64,000 bases of DNA. Origin: Lentisphaeria bacterium. GTDB taxonomy: Bacteria; Verrucomicrobiota; Lentisphaeria; JABSQK01; JAWLHB01. Every line of letters begins with the position of its first letter. Position 1 is the stretch's first letter. This document shows positions 58,763-64,000 of this stretch, piece by piece. The notes under the pieces are model-generated. The model had not been told where the DNA came from, searched no databases, and saw nothing but the letters and a program-made list of their open reading frames with translations. The DNA is taken from positions 124,001 through 188,000 of the forward strand of contig JAWLHB010000005.1 in the NCBI GenBank assembly GCA_041690595.1. Direction: 5' to 3'. The translations under genes and the position numbers were made by a program.

Positions 58763-60067
58763 TTACTGCGTTCGATGATCGGTGACGATGAGCTTGCGTT
58801 TCCCGGCCGCTCGCGTCAGCGTCCCGTGCTCGACAAGCACGATCCGCGCTTCAAGCCCCAGCACCGCCGCTAATGCCGACGACACCTGCCGCTTCAGACG
58901 CTCGAGATTCTTGATCTCGTCAAGTAACGGAAAACCCTGTTCCACTTCCGTTCGGATCTGGAGATGGTCACCCCGCGCATCTCGTTCCAGAATCAGCTCC
59001 GCGCGTGAGCCCAGCCCTTCCGTCGCCAGCAGAATCTCCTCGATTCGGCCTGGAAAAAACTTGTTGCCGTTAACGATCAGAAGATCGTCACAGCGGCCGC
59101 TGACGCGACTCATCCGCATCAGCGTGCGGCCGCACCGGCACGGCTCCGGCATCAGGTGCGCAAGATCTCCCGTACGGTAGCGGATCAGCGGGAAACCTTC
59201 CTTCGTCAGCGTCGTGAAGACCAGCTCCCCCTGCTCGCCCATCGCTCGTGGCTCCAGCGTCACCGGATCGATCACCTCCACCAGAAAATGGTCTTCGTTG
59301 ACATGAAGGCCGTCCTTGCATTCGCACTCCGCCGAAACGCCTGGCCCCATGATCTCGCTCAGGCCATAATTGTCGTAAGCGACGATCTGCAGATCTTCCT
59401 CGATCTTCGCCCGCAGCGCCTCGCTCCACGGCTCGCCGCCGAGCAGCGCGCAACGCAGGTTCAGCTCCTGGGGCCGAATCTCCATCTCCTGCAGGGCCCG
59501 GGCTATCCGCAACGCGTAGGTGGGTGAGCTGAGCAGCGCCGTCGTCTTGTAGTCGCGCATGATCCGGATCTGCTCGTGAAGATCGCTTATCGAGGCCGGT
59601 ATCACGCTGGCCCCTACCCGTTCCGCCCCGTAATGAAAACCGAAGGTCCCCGTCGCCAGATTGGTGAAGGCGATCTGGACAAAGTCCCGGTCCGAAATAT
59701 CCACCCCCGTCAGCACGCGGGCGATCAGCGTGGTCCAGTGCCCGATATCGTTATGCGTGTAGCCGACGCCGATGGGGCGCCCCGTCGTCCCAGACGTCGA
59801 GTGAATCCGCACAATGTCCCGCAACGGCACCGCAAACATGTCGTAGGGATAGCTCGCATGCAGATCGTGCCGGGTCGTCAGCGGAATCTGCCGCAATGCG
59901 TCGATGGAACGGATCCGGGCAAGGTCGATCCGCTGCTCGTCGAAGCGCTGGCGATAGAAGGCGACGTTGCGGTAGACGCGGCGCAGTGTCGCCTGCAGGC
60001 GCTCGACCTGCAGCTGCTCCAGCTCCGCCCGTGGCATGGTTTCGGTGTCGCGATCGTAGATCGGCAT
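58763..60067 (-). CDS. Phenylacetate-CoA ligase family (divergent paralogue 3)
   Basis: [21 protein letters not shown] and RYRTGD motifs; altered substrate-pocket motif. Confidence 0.88.
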   Translation of the reverse strand: MPIYDRDTETMPRAELEQLQVERLQATLRRVYRNVAFYRQRFDEQRIDLARIRSIDALRQIPLTTRHDLHASYPYDMFAVPLRDIVRIHSTSGTTGRPIGVGYTHNDIGHWTTLIARVLTGVDISDRDFVQIAFTNLATGTFGFHYGAERVGASVIPASISDLHEQIRIMRDYKTTALLSSPTYALRIARALQEMEIRPQELNLRCALLGGEPWSEALRAKIEEDLQIVAYDNYGLSEIMGPGVSAECECKDGLHVNEDHFLVEVIDPVTLEPRAMGEQGELVFTTLTKEGFPLIRYRTGDLAHLMPEPCRCGRTLMRMSRVSGRCDDLLIVNGNKFFPGRIEEILLATEGLGSRAELILERDARGDHLQIRTEVEQGFPLLDEIKNLERLKRQVSSALAAVLGLEARIVLVEHGTLTRAAGKRKLIVTDHRTQ

Positions 60068-60072
60068 CCTCT

Positions 60073-60822
60073 CTATCTCCCAAGTTCGTCGATGCGACGG
60101 TAGTCTTTGCCCAGATAGGCACGTTGCACGTCGTTGTTGTGCAACAGCTCACTGGATGAACCTCCAAGGGTGACCTGGCCCGTCTCCACCACATATCCCC
60201 GATCGGCGATGGCCAGTGCCGCTTTGGCATTCTGTTCGACCAGCAGGACTGTAATACCTTGCTCCCGAAGTTTCACGATGATCTGGAAAATATTGCGCAC
60301 AATGAGCGGCGCCAGCCCCATCGACGGCTCGTCCAGCATGACCAGGCGCGGCTTCGCCATCAGCGCCCGGGCGATCGCCAGCATCTGCTGTTCGCCGCCC
60401 GACAACGTCCCCGCGTACTGGTTGCGACGCTCCCGAAGAATCGGGAACAAGTCGTAGTTGCTCTCCAGCGACTCCTGAACCTGCTGCTTCCGACGCCGCT
60501 TGTACTGCGAATATCCCCCGAGCAGCAGATTCTCGTGCACCGTCATCGGCGGGAAGAGTTGCCGCCCCTCCGGCACCAGCACACACCCTCCGAATACCCG
60601 GTCCGCCGGACTCATCTTTGCCGCATCCTGATCGAAAAGGGTGATCGAACCTCCCCGCGGCTTCAGCAGCCCCGCCAGCGTCTTCAGCAGTGTCGATTTT
60701 CCCGCCCCATTGGCCCCGATGATCGTCACGATCTCCCCCGCCCGAACGTGCAGCGATACCCCCTCCAGCACGCGAAGCTTTCCATACGCCACATCCAGAT
60801 TCCTAACCGTCAACATCGTCAT
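60073..60822 (-). CDS. livF: Branched-chain amino acid-type ABC ATP-binding protein
   Basis: GANGAGKST, VPEGR, LSGGEQQMLAIARALM, DEPSMGLAP and VEQNA motifs; start 60822 or 60816. Confidence 0.93.
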   Translation of the reverse strand: MTMLTVRNLDVAYGKLRVLEGVSLHVRAGEIVTIIGANGAGKSTLLKTLAGLLKPRGGSITLFDQDAAKMSPADRVFGGCVLVPEGRQLFPPMTVHENLLLGGYSQYKRRRKQQVQESLESNYDLFPILRERRNQYAGTLSGGEQQMLAIARALMAKPRLVMLDEPSMGLAPLIVRNIFQIIVKLREQGITVLLVEQNAKAALAIADRGYVVETGQVTLGGSSSELLHNNDVQRAYLGKDYRRIDELGR

Positions 60823-61576
60823 CTCCCAGGTAGATGCGAATCACGTCCGGATTTCGCTGCACCGCTTCCGGAATGCCGTCCGCTATCTTGCTGCCCCGAT
60901 CCAGCACCACGATCTCGTCGCAGATCTCCATTACCAGTGACATGTCATGCTCGACGATCAGAATCGTGATACCCAGATCCCGGATCGCCCGAATGGTCTC
61001 CCCGAGCGCCGCGGTCTCATGCATGTTGAGGCCGCTGGCGGGTTCGTCCAGCAGGAGCAGCCGCGGTTCCGTCGCCAGCGCCCGCACCAGCTCCACTGCC
61101 CGCTGCTGCCCGAACGGCAGACTGTTCGCATCCACATCCGCCAGGTGGCGGATCTCCAGCAACTCCATGAGCGCCAGTGAGCGCTCCCGGATCTCCGTCT
61201 CTTCCAGCCAGGTCCACGGCAGATTCAGCATCGCCGAGAAGAAGCCCGCCCGCGTTCGCGGATGGCGCCCCACCATCACATTTTCCAGCGCCGTCATGCC
61301 GTGAAAGAGGTGAATCTGCTGATACGTTCGGGAAAGTCCCCGCTCCGCGATCCGGTAGGGACGCAGCCCCGCCACGTTGCCGTCATCGATGCAGACACGG
61401 CCGCTGTCCGGCTGAATGCTTCCCGCGATCAAGTTGAAAAGCGTCGTCTTGCCGGCGCCGTTCGGCCCGATCAGTCCCTTGATCTGGCGGGGCATCACCG
61501 TAAAACTCACGCGGTTGGTCACGTGCAGGCCACCGAAGTGGTGATCGAGTTCCTGGATGTCCAGACGGGCTGCCAT
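60803..61576 (-). CDS. livG: Branched-chain amino acid-type ABC ATP-binding protein
   Basis: GPNGAGKTT, DEPASGLN, VEHDM and YLG motifs. Confidence 0.93.
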   Translation of the reverse strand: MAARLDIQELDHHFGGLHVTNRVSFTVMPRQIKGLIGPNGAGKTTLFNLIAGSIQPDSGRVCIDDGNVAGLRPYRIAERGLSRTYQQIHLFHGMTALENVMVGRHPRTRAGFFSAMLNLPWTWLEETEIRERSLALMELLEIRHLADVDANSLPFGQQRAVELVRALATEPRLLLLDEPASGLNMHETAALGETIRAIRDLGITILIVEHDMSLVMEICDEIVVLDRGSKIADGIPEAVQRNPDVIRIYLGDDDVDG

Positions 61577-62689
61577 CTATGCATCTCCCGAGGACGGGGC
61601 ATCGCCGGAGCGACACCGGTTACAGAGACTCCTCACCCGTTGCGTCACCCCTCGCACCACCTGCCGATTGATCAGCCCATTCGGCGCGAAAAGCATGATG
61701 ACGATCAAAATTGCACCGAAGACCGCGTCGTCGTACCAGCCAAAATAGCCTCGCAGCGAAAGGAAGGTCAGCACCAGCGCCATCACCACCGCGCCCCACA
61801 GATTGGCCATGCCACCCACCGCCACCAGTGCCACGTAACGAACCGACTTCATGATGCTCGCCTCCGATGGATCGATTCCGCCGTTGAAGTGGGTCAGAAA
61901 GACCCCCGCCACCGCCGCCATCCCCGCGCTGATCACGAAGGTCATCACCTTGTAGCGGCTGATGTTCACCCCCATTGCCTCCGCCGCCTCTGGCGCGCCA
62001 TGGATCGCCCGCAACGCCCGCCCTACCCGCGAATGAATCAGATTCACCGCCAGGATCAACGACACCAGCACCAGCCCCCACGCAATATAGAAATTTCGTA
62101 TCCGCTCATCCGTGGCATATGCGCTCTGAATGACCAACCCCGGAACCAGTTCGAAGGGCGGCACCCCCGACAGACCATCCGCTCCACCCAGAAAGCGGCT
62201 CGCCACCGCGATCTTCTGGACGATCAGGCCGAAGCCGAGCGTGGCCATCGCCAGGTAATGGCCGCGCAACCGCAGCACCGGCATGCCGATCAACCAGGCG
62301 ACCACCACCGTGGCCAGCAGCGCCCCGCCACACGCCAGCCAGGGTGAAACATAAAGCAGAGACTCCCCGTAGATCGTCTCGCGCTCCGCCAGCAACCGCA
62401 GCCCCCCAAGCAGCCGCACCACCACGTGCTCCTGGTGAGCCACCAGATTGAGCGTCGTCAGCCGCGCCGACACATACCCGCCTATGGCAAAAAATCCAGC
62501 ATGCCCGATCGAGATCTGGCCGGCATATCCCATCAGCAGGCAGAGCCCGATGACCACCACCGCATAGTAGCTCGCCATCGTCAACTGCGTCAGATAGAAG
62601 CTCTTGCCCGCCGCCGTCGCCGATATCTGAATCGCCACGCCGAAGACCAGCGTCAGCAGCAGCGGCAGGTACTTGCGAAATCCTCTCAT
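61577..62689 (-). CDS. livM: Branched-chain amino acid-type ABC permease
   Basis: GYAGQISIGHAGFFAIGGY, LRLRGHYLAMATLGF and GRALRAI motifs. Confidence 0.92.
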   Translation of the reverse strand: MRGFRKYLPLLLTLVFGVAIQISATAAGKSFYLTQLTMASYYAVVVIGLCLLMGYAGQISIGHAGFFAIGGYVSARLTTLNLVAHQEHVVVRLLGGLRLLAERETIYGESLLYVSPWLACGGALLATVVVAWLIGMPVLRLRGHYLAMATLGFGLIVQKIAVASRFLGGADGLSGVPPFELVPGLVIQSAYATDERIRNFYIAWGLVLVSLILAVNLIHSRVGRALRAIHGAPEAAEAMGVNISRYKVMTFVISAGMAAVAGVFLTHFNGGIDPSEASIMKSVRYVALVAVGGMANLWGAVVMALVLTFLSLRGYFGWYDDAVFGAILIVIMLFAPNGLINRQVVRGVTQRVRSLCNRCRSGDAPSSGDA

Positions 62690-63591
62690 CAGAATTCCTT
62701 CAGTTTCCCGGCTGCGCTCGAGCCGAAAATGCCGCTTGGACGGATGCACAGCACGATCAGCAGCAGCGCCAGCGCCGTCACTTCCTTGTACGCGCCACCG
62801 ACAACTGAAACGCTGAACGCTTCCAGGATGCCAAGGATCATCCCCGCCGCCACTGCCCCACCGCTGTTACCCAGCCCCCCCAGGATCGCCACCGTGAAGC
62901 CTTTGATCGCCAGCGGCGTACCAGCATCGTACTGCGCGCCGCCGATCGGACACAGCACACTCCCCGCCAAACCACCGATCGCCGCCGACAGCATGAACGA
63001 GAGCGTCACCAGACGGCTCGTGTTGATCCCGCAAAGGATCGCACCCGTCCGATTCGCTGCACATGCCCGCATCTCGCGACCAAGATTACTCAGGCGGAAG
63101 AAGAGAGACAGCGCCACCACGATCACCAGGCAGATGCCCAACACCCATAGCACCTGCGGCGATACGTGCGCTCCGAAAACACTAACTGAACTCGTGCTCG
63201 TCCCCGACCATGGCGGAAGAAAGTGGGGCTTCTCGTCCCATACGTGCAGCGCCGCTTCTCGAATAAGAATAGAGACACCAATTGTGATGACGATCATCCG
63301 CAGCACCGACGGCGACTTCAGCCACCGAATGAAAACCAACTCCACCATCCCCCCCACCAGGGCCACGATCACCACCGCGATGACGATCGCAAGAACCAGC
63401 GGCACACGCGCGCCATCCGAACCCGGCACATACAGCGTCGCCGAGATCATCGCACCCAGCATCACAAACTCCCCCTGCGCGAAGTTGATGATCCCAGTCG
63501 TGTTATAGATGATGTTGAAGCCGATGGCGACGATCGCATAAATGCTCCCGTACGTGATGCCATCAAGCAGAAAATTGAGAAACTGGTTCAC
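62689..63591 (-). CDS. livH: Branched-chain amino acid-type ABC permease
   Basis: GSIYAIVAIGF..INFAQGE, GREMRA and KGFTVAILGGLG motifs. Confidence 0.93.
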   Translation of the reverse strand: MNQFLNFLLDGITYGSIYAIVAIGFNIIYNTTGIINFAQGEFVMLGAMISATLYVPGSDGARVPLVLAIVIAVVIVALVGGMVELVFIRWLKSPSVLRMIVITIGVSILIREAALHVWDEKPHFLPPWSGTSTSSVSVFGAHVSPQVLWVLGICLVIVVALSLFFRLSNLGREMRACAANRTGAILCGINTSRLVTLSFMLSAAIGGLAGSVLCPIGGAQYDAGTPLAIKGFTVAILGGLGNSGGAVAAGMILGILEAFSVSVVGGAYKEVTALALLLIVLCIRPSGIFGSSAAGKLKEF

Positions 63592-63618
63592 GCGAGTCCT
63601 TGGCGGAACAAAACAAGG

Positions 63619-63659
63619 TAAAGAAAGGGGCGGTACAGCCTCATGGCCGGCACCGCCCC
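63619..63659 (-). terminator. Hairpin plus U-rich tract after the binding-protein gene (partial terminator or mRNA stabiliser)
   Basis: Minus strand GGGGCGGT..ACCGCCCC followed by TTTCTTT. Confidence 0.65.
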
Positions 63660-63675
63660 CCGTAAGCAGGAGTCG

Positions 63676-64000
63676 TCAGGGCGCCGGCGCGAACTTGCCG
63701 TCCTTCACGGTCAGCATTTCGAACGCGTCGATCTGCAGCCCGTTGTGATCCTCGGCCGACATGTTGAAAATGCCCGCCGTCCCGACAAAGCCCTTCGTCG
63801 ATTCGAGCGCATCGCGGACCTTCTCCTTGTCCAGCGAATCCGCCACGGTGATGGCGTTGACCAGAAGCATCAGCGCGTCGTACGCATGCCCGCCGAAGGT
63901 GCTGGCCGCCTCGCCGAACTTCTCTTCATACGCTTTCTTGTATGCCATCAGCACCTGCTTCTGGGGATGATCCTCAGGAAGGGCTTCCGCGATCAGCAGC
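63676..64000 (-). CDS. C-terminal part of a LivK-type ABC substrate-binding protein (5' end outside the window)
   Basis: STFGGHAYDA..VRDALE..FVGTAGIFNMS..DHNG. Confidence 0.88.
   Translation of the reverse strand, partial: LLIAEALPEDHPQKQVLMAYKKAYEEKFGEAASTFGGHAYDALMLLVNAITVADSLDKEKVRDALESTKGFVGTAGIFNMSAEDHNGLQIDAFEMLTVKDGKFAPAP

Overview
GC-rich bacterial DNA, densely coding (about 56 genes). Gene content suggests an anaerobic PVC-superphylum organism, Lentisphaerota-like; this is inferred from the H-X9-DG protein, DUF4838 proteins and URO-D/PhyH paralogues. Blocks: (1) 1-16.6 kb, a glycan-utilisation cluster (Gfo/Idh/MocA x2, DUF4838 x2, GH123/DUF4091-like, GH29 fucosidase, DUF4434, FAD oxidoreductase, HpcH aldolase). 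(2) 16.7-26.1 kb, an operon with a sigma54-type promoter that interleaves an ABC importer with a complete partner-switching module (2 STAS proteins, Cache-HAMP-PP2C, RsbW-like kinase) and a GOLPH3/GPP34 gene. (3) 26.1-38.3 kb, an expanded 'orange protein' (ORP)-like cluster: PAS-sigma54 activator, two sigma54 promoters with repeated candidate enhancer sites, a fused double MinD-ferredoxin ATPase, PTS EI-like, NifU-N, PanD, RACo and MBL genes. (4) 38.3-40.9 kb, an orphan exported-protein gene bracketed by about 165-bp direct repeats built from 9-bp-periodic triads. Related 9-bp-periodic repeats also flank a second orphan gene at 52 kb. (5) An arsR-arsC-arsM-acr3 operon. (6) An AraC/PhyH/URO-D/CocE catabolic module. 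(7) A liv ABC transporter, three phenylacetate-CoA ligases, ACT, iorAB and an amidohydrolase. No rRNA, tRNA, CRISPR array or transposase was recognised. By eye the + strand shifts from G>=C to strongly C>G around 21 kb. All family assignments come from motif recognition, not database searches.
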